From Sulfolobales archaeon (GTDB lineage Archaea > Thermoproteota > Thermoprotei_A > Sulfolobales > NBVN01), in assembly GCA_038841535.1 (NCBI GenBank), contig JAWBTQ010000002.1, positions 77,463 through 141,462 of the forward strand: DNA of 64,000 bases, read 5' to 3'. Shown piece by piece: positions 45,562 through 55,500 of the stretch. The stretch's first letter is position 1. Each line of letters starts with the position of its first letter. The position numbers and the translations under genes were made by a program. The notes under the pieces were generated by a model that saw nothing but the letters and a program-made list of their open reading frames with translations, did no database searches and was not told the DNA's origin.

Positions 45562-47721
45562 ATGGCGCACACGCATTCTCGGACTAGGGTTTACCCCCTA
45601 GGTTTATGGTATGGAGTCGGCAAAGTTACACCAGTCTTCGATGCGTCTAAAATCCGCGATGACCTGAGGAAGGTCAAGGATCTGGGTGTAGGCTTTGTTA
45701 GACTTTGGGTAAACTGGAGAGATATCGAGCCGAGACCGAGTGCGTACGCATTTGGAGAGTTGAAGGAGGCTATGGACGAGGCCGAGGAGATCGGGCTTTC
45801 CGTAGTAATCCAAGTCTACTTAGAGTTTGGACCAGATTGGCTTCCGAAACTCTACCCCGATGCCGTTTTTATTTCTGAGTCCGACCTAAAGCTGTATCAC
45901 CAAGGTAGCCCAGGAGTTTGCCTAGACCACCCCTCTGTGAGAAGGCATGCTGAGAGGTTTCTTGTGGAGCTAGCTGGGTTCGCAAAGAAGTACAGCAGCC
46001 TATATGCTTGGGACGTATGGAGCGAACCACAGATAGTCCAATGGGTGTTCAGGCTTGGGTTTCCTAAGTCAGTCTACTGCTACTGTGAGCACAGCGTGAA
46101 GAGGTTTAGGGAATGGCTTAAGGAGGTCTACGTAAGTATCGACGCGCTAAACGCGGCATGGCATAGGTCCTTCAATTCGTTTGAGGAGGTTCAGCCACCT
46201 AGGTTTGTAGTCCTTCACTATGCTAAGGAGAACATTGACTGGGTAGAGTTTAACGTCTGGAAGCTCAAGGAGGATCTGCGTTGGAGGGTCGAGACTATCA
46301 AGAAAGTCGACCGGGAGCATCTCGTAGCAAGTCACGCAGCTACGTCGTCAGTTCTATTGAACCCCCTATTTGGGCACCCAGACGACTGGGAAATGTCTAA
46401 AGTCGTAGACGTTTGGGGTACGTCTCTATACCCTAAGCACGCTCACAGAGTCCCTGATCCAGCTGTAGATAGCTTCATTCTAACCTCAGTAAGGTCTTCT
46501 GCTGACGCATGGGGAAAGAGCTTTTGGATAGGGGAACTCCAGGGAGGCCAAGGAGTTGGGGGCCTAAAGATAGCGGACGTAGTACACCCAGAAGACATTA
46601 ACGTATGGTTCTGGCAGTCCGTAGCCCACGGCTCTAAGGGAGCCTTCGTATACCACTCCTATCCAATGATGTGGGGTTACGAGTCTTCGGGATACGGTCT
46701 ACTAGACCCCGCTGGCAATTTAACGAATAGAGCAAGGGCTTTAGCGTCTATATCAAACATAGTGAGAGAGTACGGAGACATGCTTGCAGAAGCTAGACCT
46801 TTGAAAGCTAAGTGCGCACTATTATATAATAAGCACTCGTACAGACTGCTGTGGGTTCTTCAGGAGGAGTCGGCAGCAGCATTCTCTAGGTCTCTCCTGG
46901 GTGTGTACAGAGTTCTATACAAGCATAACGTTCCTGTAGATGTGGTCTCCATAGAGCAGTTCATGAACGACCCGAGTAGCTATGTGCTACTGATGGCTCC
47001 CTTCTCGATAGCTGTTTCCAAAGAATTCTCTGGTGCTCTAGAGAGGTTTGTATCGAGCGGAGGTGTGCTTTTGGCGGATGCTAGATTTGGGTGGTTCAAG
47101 GAGGACGGCTGGATAGACGGAGAGATACCGTGCTACAACCTCTCAAGAGTTCTCGGTGCAAGAGAGAAGTCCTGCAGAAGCTTAACTGAGTCGAAGGCTG
47201 TTATGAGGGTCGTGAACGAGGTAGTCCCAGGGCTCAAGTGTGGCGACATCGTGGGGATGTGGCACTATGCTGAAACCATGGAGTTATTAAGTGAGAACAC
47301 TATCCCTGTAGCTGAAGTAGGTAGTGCAGAAACAGCTCTAACGATTAACAATTACGATAGGGGTTTCGCACTGTGGGTTGGCACATCCATAGGGTTAGCC
47401 TATGAGAACATGCGTGACCTAGGCATAGAGAAGCTTATTAAGGGAGTTGTGGAGCTTGCTGGAATACGTCCACCCGCAATAGTGGATCCAGTAGGTGCTC
47501 TCGAAGTTAGAGTTCTTACTGTGGGAGGAGGAGGCGAGAGACTAGTGGTAATGATAAACCAAGGCTTAGAGGAGGTGAGAGCGAAAATAGCTTTCCCGGA
47601 GGACAAGTGGTTAGAGAAAATAAGAGACATAATAACGGGCAAGTCCTACGTGGTTAGAGGAGGTGAGCTCGAGCTGTCTGTGCCCCCTAGAGGTGTAATC
47701 GTTGGGTACTCAAGGCAGTAG
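45562..47721 (+). CDS. clan GH-A glycoside hydrolase, GH42/GH35-like (beta-galactosidase or exo-beta-glucosaminidase-like)
   Basis: 719 aa. VRLWVNWRDIEPRPSAY, YAWDVWSEPQ (candidate acid/base Glu), FWIGELQGGQG (candidate nucleophile Glu), followed by trimerisation-like and C-terminal beta domains. Confidence 0.75.
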   Translation: MAHTHSRTRVYPLGLWYGVGKVTPVFDASKIRDDLRKVKDLGVGFVRLWVNWRDIEPRPSAYAFGELKEAMDEAEEIGLSVVIQVYLEFGPDWLPKLYPDAVFISESDLKLYHQGSPGVCLDHPSVRRHAERFLVELAGFAKKYSSLYAWDVWSEPQIVQWVFRLGFPKSVYCYCEHSVKRFREWLKEVYVSIDALNAAWHRSFNSFEEVQPPRFVVLHYAKENIDWVEFNVWKLKEDLRWRVETIKKVDREHLVASHAATSSVLLNPLFGHPDDWEMSKVVDVWGTSLYPKHAHRVPDPAVDSFILTSVRSSADAWGKSFWIGELQGGQGVGGLKIADVVHPEDINVWFWQSVAHGSKGAFVYHSYPMMWGYESSGYGLLDPAGNLTNRARALASISNIVREYGDMLAEARPLKAKCALLYNKHSYRLLWVLQEESAAAFSRSLLGVYRVLYKHNVPVDVVSIEQFMNDPSSYVLLMAPFSIAVSKEFSGALERFVSSGGVLLADARFGWFKEDGWIDGEIPCYNLSRVLGAREKSCRSLTESKAVMRVVNEVVPGLKCGDIVGMWHYAETMELLSENTIPVAEVGSAETALTINNYDRGFALWVGTSIGLAYENMRDLGIEKLIKGVVELAGIRPPAIVDPVGALEVRVLTVGGGGERLVVMINQGLEEVRAKIAFPEDKWLEKIRDIITGKSYVVRGGELELSVPPRGVIVGYSRQ

Positions 47722-48508
47722 TGGAGCGAAAATCCGCGACTTGCCCCAGGAGTGGTACGAAAGAGTGCTCGGACTGCTCGACTACATCGCTAAAACCCAG
47801 CGCAAAAATATTGAGAAAGCAGCCGAAATCGTCGCAGACTCTATATTCAAGGGACATGTGTGTTTTCTGTTTGGGTCAGGTCATGCTGCTATACCAGTGA
47901 TGGAGATTTTTCCTAGATATGGGTCGATGGTTGGGTTCGTGCCCATAGTAGACCTCCCTCTAATATCCTTCCTTAGGCTAGTGGGGGATATGGGCTATCC
48001 GCAGTTTGATTGCATAGAGAACTCGCCTGAGTATGGGCGCAGAATAGTTGAGAACTACGAGATTCACAGAGACGACTGCGCCATTGTCTTCTCTCATTCT
48101 GGTACTACGCCCGTCACCTTAGAGGTAGCACTACAGATTAAGAGCAGGGGTTCTAAAGTGATTGGGATAACCTCGGTAGCTCATTCGTTGAGGGCTAGAC
48201 CACGACATCCGTCTGGATTAAAGCTATTCGAGGTTGCTGATGTGGTTATAGATACAGGAGTACCACCGGGAGATGTTTCCATAGAGGTATTTAGCGGGGG
48301 AAAGCCTATCAAAGTAGGACCTCTCTCCACAATAGCGTTCGTGTTCGTAGCTAATTTTGTGCTCTTAAGCACCTATGAGCAATTGCTCAAAGCCGGTTAC
48401 GACCCTATAACGCTGCCAGTTAGAGGTTTCGACTCAGATGCCGACATCCTCATGAGGAAAGCCCTCAGTAAGTACAGAGAGCTATACTCTAAACACATCT
48501 CTAAGTAG
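47702..48508 (+). CDS. SIS (sugar isomerase) domain protein, UPF0309-like
   Basis: 268 aa. IEKAAEIVADSIFKGHVCFLFGSGHAA, AIVFSHSGTTPVTLEVALQIKSRGSKVIGITS, HPSGLKLFEVADVVIDTG. The start is uncertain (TTG 47702 overlaps the upstream gene by 20 nt). Confidence 0.7.
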   Translation: MGTQGSSGAKIRDLPQEWYERVLGLLDYIAKTQRKNIEKAAEIVADSIFKGHVCFLFGSGHAAIPVMEIFPRYGSMVGFVPIVDLPLISFLRLVGDMGYPQFDCIENSPEYGRRIVENYEIHRDDCAIVFSHSGTTPVTLEVALQIKSRGSKVIGITSVAHSLRARPRHPSGLKLFEVADVVIDTGVPPGDVSIEVFSGGKPIKVGPLSTIAFVFVANFVLLSTYEQLLKAGYDPITLPVRGFDSDADILMRKALSKYRELYSKHISK

Positions 48509-48516
48509 GGGATGGA

Positions 48517-49473
48517 ATGGTGTTGCGCAACGTCGTATTGTCAATAGACGTTGGTGGAACTAAGATTGCGTACGCGTTTATCGACTCCGGAGGAGGAGTT
48601 CATGATTACGGTATCGTAAAAACTAGGAGAGCTGGGGGAAGGCAGGTTATCAACCAGCTCAGAGAGATCGTTAGATCCTGTCGCTACAAGAAGGTTGTTG
48701 GCGTGGGGGTGAGCGTGCCAGGCATAGTTAGAAACGGATCGGTTACCTGGGCACCTAACATTAGGGAATGGAGGGACGTCCATTTAGCCGATCTGATAAG
48801 CAGGGATATCCCCGAGGGAGGCCTAATAGAGGTCGTAGACGATAGGACGGCTAGCGCTCTGGGTGAGATGTGGCAGGGGGCGGCAAAGAGTCTATCAAAT
48901 TTCATAGTGCTAGTCATAGGGACGGGAGTCGGTGCCGGCGTAGTTATTGACGGTAGGCCTGTCCATGGCTCAGCTGGTGTTTCGGGAGCTGTAGGTTGGT
49001 GGTTACTATCGCGAAGTCTTCCACATCGGAGTACCCGGAGAGGTTTTCTCGAAGAAGAGATAGGGGGATTAGCTCTCGATAGAATCGCCAGAAGGTACTC
49101 TTCATCAAGAACCTCAACAGGCTCTCCACTTCGCGAGCTATGCGAATTCGTCGATTCGACTTGCTTGTTTAGAGCTTACGACCTTGGGCACGATCTCGCA
49201 AAAAACACCCTAGAAAGGAAAGCAGTATTACTCGGGATCCTCATAGCTAACTTACTGAGCCTGCTTAACCCCGAGGCCGTTATACTAAGTGGTAGCGTCG
49301 GAGTTGAGCTAGGTAAAAGGTTTATGCCGCTCATCAGGAGAGTAGTTGAGGCAGTAGCGCAACCGTACGCCACCAAGAGCTACCGCTTAGAGGTATCAAG
49401 CCTAGGTCACTTGTCCTGCTTATACGGCTCTGCCTACTTCGTATTGAAAAGAATGGGGAGCATAGGTAAGTAA
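48517..49473 (+). CDS. ROK-family (ASKHA) sugar kinase, zinc-motif-less
   Basis: 318 aa. LSIDVGGTKIAYAF, VDDRTASALGE, VIGTGVGAGVVIDGRPVHGSAG. The ROK signature GE[IL]GH...CxCGxxGC is replaced by GAVGWW...HRSTRRGF. Confidence 0.75.
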   Translation: MVLRNVVLSIDVGGTKIAYAFIDSGGGVHDYGIVKTRRAGGRQVINQLREIVRSCRYKKVVGVGVSVPGIVRNGSVTWAPNIREWRDVHLADLISRDIPEGGLIEVVDDRTASALGEMWQGAAKSLSNFIVLVIGTGVGAGVVIDGRPVHGSAGVSGAVGWWLLSRSLPHRSTRRGFLEEEIGGLALDRIARRYSSSRTSTGSPLRELCEFVDSTCLFRAYDLGHDLAKNTLERKAVLLGILIANLLSLLNPEAVILSGSVGVELGKRFMPLIRRVVEAVAQPYATKSYRLEVSSLGHLSCLYGSAYFVLKRMGSIGK

Positions 49474-49482
49474 TAAGACCAC

Positions 49483-49488
49483 TTTTTT
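49483..49488 (+). terminator. oligo-T tract after the ROK kinase gene
   Basis: A T6 run 10 nt after the stop, 29 nt before the GH84 start. It could be a partial terminator or simply part of an A/T-rich promoter. Confidence 0.2.
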
Positions 49489-49516
49489 GTTCTGTTAGTT
49501 TCTAACTCGTGAGACT

Positions 49517-50731
49517 ATGCTGCTTGGAGTAGTTGAGGGGTTCTATGGGCCCGCCTGGGACTGGGTTGAGAGGATTAACATTATGGAGTTTCTGAGTAGG
49601 GTAGGTCTCAATGCCTACATATACGCACCTAAGTGGGATCCTCGTCATAGGGATTGGTGGAGGATTCCATACGAACCTGTCTTTGCTGATAGACTAAGCA
49701 TGCTATTAGACTCGGCTTCTAGGTACGGAATCAGAGTTGTTTTCGCCCTAAGCCCGGGCTTAGACATGGACTACTCGTCAGAGCACGATGTTAGATTGCT
49801 AGTAAAGAAGTTCTCTTGGGTTATGGAGCTGGGGGTTGAAGATTTAGCCGTGTTTTTAGACGATATCCCGCCGGTTCTTAGAGGAAAAGGGTTCAAGACT
49901 CTAGCAGAAGCTCAGTCTTCCTTAGTGAACAAGTTGCTTAGGGAGCTGAGACCTAAGTCGCTGGTGTTCTGCCCTACCTATTACCACAGTCTGCGGGAGG
50001 ACTACATGAGAGAGATAGGCGATCTCGTTGATCCCGAGGTATACATAGTTTGGACTGGTATGTGGGTAGCCTCACACAAAATAGACGTAGGGGACTTAGA
50101 ATCCGTGGCCAAGCTCTTAAAGAGAAAGCCGTTCATATGGGATAACTACCCAGTTAACGACTACTTCACCGTTTACGGAATTACGAGGCTACACCTAGGG
50201 CCCCTAAAGAACAGACCTAAAGAGTTCACCAAATATATCTCCGGCTACGCATCTAACCCCATGAATCAGTATGAAGCATCTAAGATACCTCTATACACTA
50301 TCGCAGAAGCCTTACTAAGTACGTCATACGACCCCGAAAAGAGTTTATCGGACGCTATAGACAGCATACTCAATAAGAACTCTAGGTACTGGTTTAAGAG
50401 GTTTGTGGAGTTTAACCGAGCTAACTTTATGGACTTAACGGAACGTACTATAACTAGAGAAAATGCTGACGAGGTGATCGAGCTAGTCAGAGAACTTCGT
50501 GAATCTATAGGAAACAAGAAGTTGGTTAGAGAAGTTGACTCAGTGTTAAGCAAAATGGAGTCCATAGCCAGGTACTCTAAAAACGAGGTATCCTATCTAA
50601 GCTGGCGAGTTCAGACTGCAGGTGAGTACAGTCCCCCAATAACAGCTGAGAGAATGTTGAAGGAGGTGTTCGGAGTAGTAGCCCGACTCACTCCTTGGTA
50701 CAGTAAGGCCTACGTAAAGCCCGAGGTGTAG
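49517..50731 (+). CDS. GH84-family beta-N-acetylglucosaminidase (O-GlcNAcase/NagJ-like)
   Basis: 404 aa. GVVEGFYGPAW, NAYIYAPKWDPRHR, AVFLDDIPP (catalytic Asp-Asp, codons 49859-49864), CPTYY, VWTGMWV, FIWDNYPVNDY. Near-colinear with the NagJ/OGA catalytic domain. Confidence 0.85.
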   Translation: MLLGVVEGFYGPAWDWVERINIMEFLSRVGLNAYIYAPKWDPRHRDWWRIPYEPVFADRLSMLLDSASRYGIRVVFALSPGLDMDYSSEHDVRLLVKKFSWVMELGVEDLAVFLDDIPPVLRGKGFKTLAEAQSSLVNKLLRELRPKSLVFCPTYYHSLREDYMREIGDLVDPEVYIVWTGMWVASHKIDVGDLESVAKLLKRKPFIWDNYPVNDYFTVYGITRLHLGPLKNRPKEFTKYISGYASNPMNQYEASKIPLYTIAEALLSTSYDPEKSLSDAIDSILNKNSRYWFKRFVEFNRANFMDLTERTITRENADEVIELVRELRESIGNKKLVREVDSVLSKMESIARYSKNEVSYLSWRVQTAGEYSPPITAERMLKEVFGVVARLTPWYSKAYVKPEV

Positions 50732-50734
50732 AAA

Positions 50735-52018
50735 GTGATAATTAGGGCGTATAGGAGAGGTGATGAAGAGGAAGTCGTTGAGCTACTCAAGATGTGCTTT
50801 GATGACTTCAATAGGTGGGGTGTGTCAGCGGAGGACTGGCTTTCGTATGAGGAAGGAGACTACGGCTTTAAGATAGATAACGCTCTTGTTGCTGAAGTCA
50901 GTGGTAGATTGGTAGGACACCTTCACTTAGTGATACGGAATGCGTACATAGGTGAAGGTTCCTTTGATATCTGCGGAATAGCTAATGTTTCAACTCACCC
51001 GGACTTCCGAGGTAGGGGTATAGCTACCGCCCTCGTGAAGAGAGCTATAGAGGTGTGTAGAGAAATGGGTTTACCTGTAGTTTCACTACTTACCGGCTAT
51101 GGAGGTGAGGGGTATCGCGTATATAGGTCCGTGGGTTTTTCGAACACGGCTTTTCTGAGAGCATACGTAGGTGCTCGAGATAGTGTCGAAAAGTTTTTAG
51201 AGAGTTATGGGAAGATCAGGCTAGAAGTTGAAGAAATAGGCTACGGGAACATCGATGAAGTAGCTAAGCTTCACGATACGTTACGGAGGAAAGTAAATCT
51301 TGTCATATCGCGTCCCAGAGACTACTGGGTCAGCAAGGTACTGAAGAGATTCTTTTTCTATAGCTTCTTTTACGATCGCTCCGAGGAAGCTATAAAGCTA
51401 CTCTTCAGAGACTCCTCCGGTCCGGTGGGTTATTCTCTGGCTTTTAGTGGGCAACGCGCCTCGAGGAACTACTGGCAGAAAGATGCAGGAGTAGTACTTG
51501 AAGCTGTAGCTATCAACGAGAAATACTTGAAGAGCGTAATCTCCGAGACCCTAAGGCGACTACTCGATAGTGGGGCGAAGTTGTTCAGGCTCTACGTGCC
51601 ACCATTATACAGGCCTATATTACGCTATAGCTTTGAGGAGTTCAAGGGGGGTTTACTAATGGACTACGTAATCGACTTAAAGAAGCTTCTGAGCAGTATG
51701 AGGGATGAACTCTCGAGGAGAGCAGCTTCCGCAGAGCTTAGGGGCCCTATGGACATCAGCATAAGGAGTCCATATGGATGCGCAAATGTTAATGTAGTTG
51801 ATTCTAATGTGGAGATAAGTAGTTCCTGTAAGTTCGAGAATGAAGTGGAGTTCACCAGAGATGGCATCGTTAAAACTATCTATGGAGTAAGCTCCATAGG
51901 CAAACTAGTAAATAAGGACCAGGTAATGAGAATAAACCTTAGCTCACAAGCTTTTAAAGCAGTAAATGCCCTCTTTCCGGCTAGACCAATATACATCCCA
52001 AGGATGGACCAGTGGTAG
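50735..52018 (+). CDS. GNAT-family N-acetyltransferase, Eis-like multi-domain
   Basis: 427 aa. The N-terminal GNAT core includes HPDFRGRGIATALVKRAIE (Q/RxxGxG/A acetyl-CoA loop). Length and extra C-terminal domains resemble the Eis-type architecture. GTG start 4 nt after the GH84 stop. Confidence 0.65.
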   Translation: MIIRAYRRGDEEEVVELLKMCFDDFNRWGVSAEDWLSYEEGDYGFKIDNALVAEVSGRLVGHLHLVIRNAYIGEGSFDICGIANVSTHPDFRGRGIATALVKRAIEVCREMGLPVVSLLTGYGGEGYRVYRSVGFSNTAFLRAYVGARDSVEKFLESYGKIRLEVEEIGYGNIDEVAKLHDTLRRKVNLVISRPRDYWVSKVLKRFFFYSFFYDRSEEAIKLLFRDSSGPVGYSLAFSGQRASRNYWQKDAGVVLEAVAINEKYLKSVISETLRRLLDSGAKLFRLYVPPLYRPILRYSFEEFKGGLLMDYVIDLKKLLSSMRDELSRRAASAELRGPMDISIRSPYGCANVNVVDSNVEISSSCKFENEVEFTRDGIVKTIYGVSSIGKLVNKDQVMRINLSSQAFKAVNALFPARPIYIPRMDQW

Positions 52019-52393
52019 TCGGAGAATCTGCGAGTCCACACGACTTCGAGCCTCTTAGGGAAGTACGAAACGGAGATCTCGTAATTTTAAAGCCTCTTCA
52101 ATATTCTATTCATAAAAGCAGAGCTATGTCGAGGTTCCCCAAAGAGATGTTAAAACTAATGTGCTAAGCGTTATTACGAGAAGACTAAAGTAGAGTAGAA
52201 CGTGTGGATCATTACGCTCATATTGGGACCTACAGTACTCAGTTACTAGTGGAGGGTTAATCAGCAAATAGAATCTTAGAGTATGGACAGCACTTATAGC
52301 CACACCATGTACGGCAGCAAGTCACAGATTTTTCCAGTGTCCTGGGTCCTCTCTTAGTCTTGGGAGCTCTGGTTACGTAACTCTGTGGTTTAA

Positions 52394-54448
52394 ATGATTC
52401 TAGCGATCAACTCACGGGTGCTAACTACGCCTCTACAGAAGTGGGTGATTTATGTTATAGTTGTAGTAGTCATAGCTGCAGTTGCTGTCGGTATAGCAGC
52501 CCAGTTACTCCTTCCGCCACCAGCCGTTCAACCAACTCCCACACCTACCCCTACCGCAATTACCCCCGCAACAACACCGACTCCCACAACACCTCCAACA
52601 GTGACACCTACGACTACTCCTTTACCTACAACACCGACTCCCACACCGACTCCTGGGGAGAAGGTAGTATACTTGTACGGTAGTTGGCCGCCCCCTGAGA
52701 ACTATATTACTAACCCCCTGGTAGGTACCATAGGGATGCTTCACTACTATACCCACATGCCACTAGTGTTTCTAATACCCGCTGATAGAGCACCATTACC
52801 TGGGTTACTCGGTGAGTACCCTAAGCTCATTTCGCTCTTAGCTGATGCCTGGGTATTCAAAGAGTATCCAGGTTCGAATTTAACTATAGCGGAGGTAAAG
52901 CTTAAGAAAACTGGTTGGAGTGATGGTAATCCGCTAACAGCTGAGGACGTTTTTATTAGTATAGTGTACTACGGATGCTTCTACAACTCATTTCCCGGCT
53001 ACTATGAGGTAATTAATGAAACAGCTATAAGGAGGTACTGGAACGCTACGGGCATTAGATTCGAAACACTCACCTCGTGGATGTGGTCTTGGTACGGGAT
53101 TTGGGCATCAAGAGAATACTACAAAGTGGAGCCATTGTGGCCGATCTGTATAGAGCAGTACAGGCTACTAAAGGAGCGCTACTACCTAACAACAGTGGGG
53201 AAGCCTGTACCTAAGGAATTAACGGATAGACTTACTCTGCTCAATAAGTGGTTCAGGGGGAACCTAACGGAGATAGCTAAGAAGGTCCCAGCATACCTAG
53301 CTAATGGACCCTTCTATCCAGCTAAGATCACAGAGTCCCACATTATTTGGGAGAAGAACCCGTACTTCTGGAACACTAAAGGTATGGCAATAGATAGATG
53401 GGTGATGCTAAGCACTCCTGAGACTGCAGTCATAATAGAGAACATCGGTCGCGGAGCCGTTACGTGGTCGACGCTAACATCAATAGTGCCAGACATCGTT
53501 GACGCACTTAAAGCTATAAACAGAGACCTATTGGTGTACCCACTAACTCACTATCGCATGGTCGGCATACTCTTCAATTTCCAGAGATACCCGATGAACG
53601 ATACACACTTCCGTAGAGCGATCGCTTACCTTGTAAATAAAGACGCCATTTTCCAAACTCTTCCCTTCTACGCTAAGGAGACCATACTAAACATAGGGCT
53701 ACCGGAGGAGTTCTTGTGGAAATGGATCTCAAGCGACGACTTAAAGTACTTCACAAGGTACACCTACGACCCCAAGAAGGCGGAAGAAGAACTGCTCGCC
53801 GGAGGCTTCAGAAAAGACCCTAGAACTGGTAAGTGGCTTCTACCGAACGGTACTCCCATATCCATTACCATAACGATTACCTCTGATCCCATGTATGTAA
53901 TACCAGCTGAAGCTATTGCCGGGATGCTTAACAGCTTCGGAATCACGACGCAGATAAGTGTTGTTCCATCAGCTGTTTGGACGACACTCGTTCGGACCTA
54001 CGCTACTACCTACGCCGTAGAGAGAAATTACGACATAACCATCTGGATATCTAGCTTGATGTACGCTACTGCTCACCCGTACTGGACATGGTCCCACATA
54101 CTCATGCTCGGATGGGGTGCTGGAGGAGCAATAGCTTTCCCGAACTGGTGGAACATACAGCATCCGTGGAAGAGCTGCACTAACGACGAAAACATATCTA
54201 GGTTGTTCACTATACTCTACAACAACCCTGGTACAGACGTCGAGAAGTGCGCCATTAAGGCGTTCGCATGGGTCGTCAACGAATATGTGCCTGTCTTACA
54301 TTTGTACGAATATGGTGTCTGGGTATTCATGAACAGTAAGGACATCAAGGGATGGCCCCCGGAGGAAGACCCGGTTTGGAGCGTAAGATTAATGGACGCT
54401 GGCTACTATCGAGCTCTCCTGCTACTCTCGATATATTACCTGCGTTAA
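52394..54448 (+). CDS. ABC transporter substrate-binding protein, family 5 (Opp/Dpp type), membrane-anchored
   Basis: 684 aa. An N-terminal TM helix is followed by a 47-aa Thr/Pro linker and then a large SBP_bac_5-like body. The position directly upstream of two Dpp-type permeases and two ATPases supports the call. Confidence 0.85.
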   Translation: MILAINSRVLTTPLQKWVIYVIVVVVIAAVAVGIAAQLLLPPPAVQPTPTPTPTAITPATTPTPTTPPTVTPTTTPLPTTPTPTPTPGEKVVYLYGSWPPPENYITNPLVGTIGMLHYYTHMPLVFLIPADRAPLPGLLGEYPKLISLLADAWVFKEYPGSNLTIAEVKLKKTGWSDGNPLTAEDVFISIVYYGCFYNSFPGYYEVINETAIRRYWNATGIRFETLTSWMWSWYGIWASREYYKVEPLWPICIEQYRLLKERYYLTTVGKPVPKELTDRLTLLNKWFRGNLTEIAKKVPAYLANGPFYPAKITESHIIWEKNPYFWNTKGMAIDRWVMLSTPETAVIIENIGRGAVTWSTLTSIVPDIVDALKAINRDLLVYPLTHYRMVGILFNFQRYPMNDTHFRRAIAYLVNKDAIFQTLPFYAKETILNIGLPEEFLWKWISSDDLKYFTRYTYDPKKAEEELLAGGFRKDPRTGKWLLPNGTPISITITITSDPMYVIPAEAIAGMLNSFGITTQISVVPSAVWTTLVRTYATTYAVERNYDITIWISSLMYATAHPYWTWSHILMLGWGAGGAIAFPNWWNIQHPWKSCTNDENISRLFTILYNNPGTDVEKCAIKAFAWVVNEYVPVLHLYEYGVWVFMNSKDIKGWPPEEDPVWSVRLMDAGYYRALLLLSIYYLR
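52514..52654 (+). repeat. low-complexity Thr/Pro-coding repeat (linker of the binding protein)
   Basis: PPPAVQPTPTPTPTAITPATTPTPTTPPTVTPTTTPLPTTPTPTPTP. The DNA shows reiterated ACACCGACTCCCACA-type units. Confidence 0.7.
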
Positions 54449-54471
54449 GATCAGTCTACAGGCTGGTGTAA

Positions 54472-55500
54472 ATGGAGTTAACGGGAGTTTTTCCGTTCAT
54501 TAAGTTACTCTCGAAGAGGGTTTTATATGCGATTTTAACAATTATGGTAGCCGTCTCGGTAACTTTCGTGGCTATAAGGTCTATGCCTGGAGATGTGCTT
54601 TACACGCTGGCAGTATCGCTAGCAGAAGAGCTGAGGATCTCCGTAGAGGAGGCCAAGAAGATAGTGTTCTACATATACTATGGGATTGACGTCGAAGAAC
54701 CGATCTACCTACAGTACCTTAAGTATGTCATTGGGTTACTGCAGGGGAACCTAGGGTACTCGACATACTTCAAAAGACCCGTTACTTACGTTGTAGCCAG
54801 GGCGCTAGGCTGGACAGCGTTTACTCTTTCCGTGGGGATCTCTCTGTCTTTCGCTATTGGGATACTGATAGGGATGCTGGCAGGTTTTAAGCGCGGAACT
54901 AAGTTTGACGCCATAGTATCTCTGACCTCGACAGTACTGTCGGCTATACCGGGATACGTAGTAGCGCTACTACTGTACATCATGCTATCTGCGCGACTAG
55001 GACTCCTACCAGCAAGAGGAGCCTACTCACCGCACGTAGAACCGGGACTAAACCTAGCGTTTATGATCGACGTACTCTACCACGCAGCTCTCCCAGTACT
55101 CACATACGTAGTGATAACTTTCTCTGGCTGGACGCTACTCATAAGATCGAACGTGGCGAAGATACTGGAGGAGGACTTTCTCAAGTACGCTGAGGCGCGG
55201 GGAATTAGCAGGAGGAGAATAGTGACTACCTACATAGGTAGAAACTCCATACTGCCAATAGTGCCTCTCCTGGCTATAAGAGTGGGGAGCATGATTGGCG
55301 GCTCTACCCTCATAGAAACGATCTTCGCGTATCCCGGTATGGGGTATTACCTATCTCTAGCTCTTAGCATTAGAGATTACGGTCTTCTCCAGGGCATATA
55401 CTTTATGATGATAGTCGCAACTATAGTTGCGGTAATAGTGGTCGAGTTCCTCACCCCGTTAATAGATCCAAGAGTTCGACGCGAGGTAGTAGCAACATGA
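54472..55500 (+). CDS. ABC transporter permease (DppB/OppB-like)
   Basis: 342 aa, 6 TM, with a BPD_transp_1 EAA-type loop (LKYAEARGISRRRIVTTYIGRNSILP). Confidence 0.9.
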   Translation: MELTGVFPFIKLLSKRVLYAILTIMVAVSVTFVAIRSMPGDVLYTLAVSLAEELRISVEEAKKIVFYIYYGIDVEEPIYLQYLKYVIGLLQGNLGYSTYFKRPVTYVVARALGWTAFTLSVGISLSFAIGILIGMLAGFKRGTKFDAIVSLTSTVLSAIPGYVVALLLYIMLSARLGLLPARGAYSPHVEPGLNLAFMIDVLYHAALPVLTYVVITFSGWTLLIRSNVAKILEEDFLKYAEARGISRRRIVTTYIGRNSILPIVPLLAIRVGSMIGGSTLIETIFAYPGMGYYLSLALSIRDYGLLQGIYFMMIVATIVAVIVVEFLTPLIDPRVRREVVAT

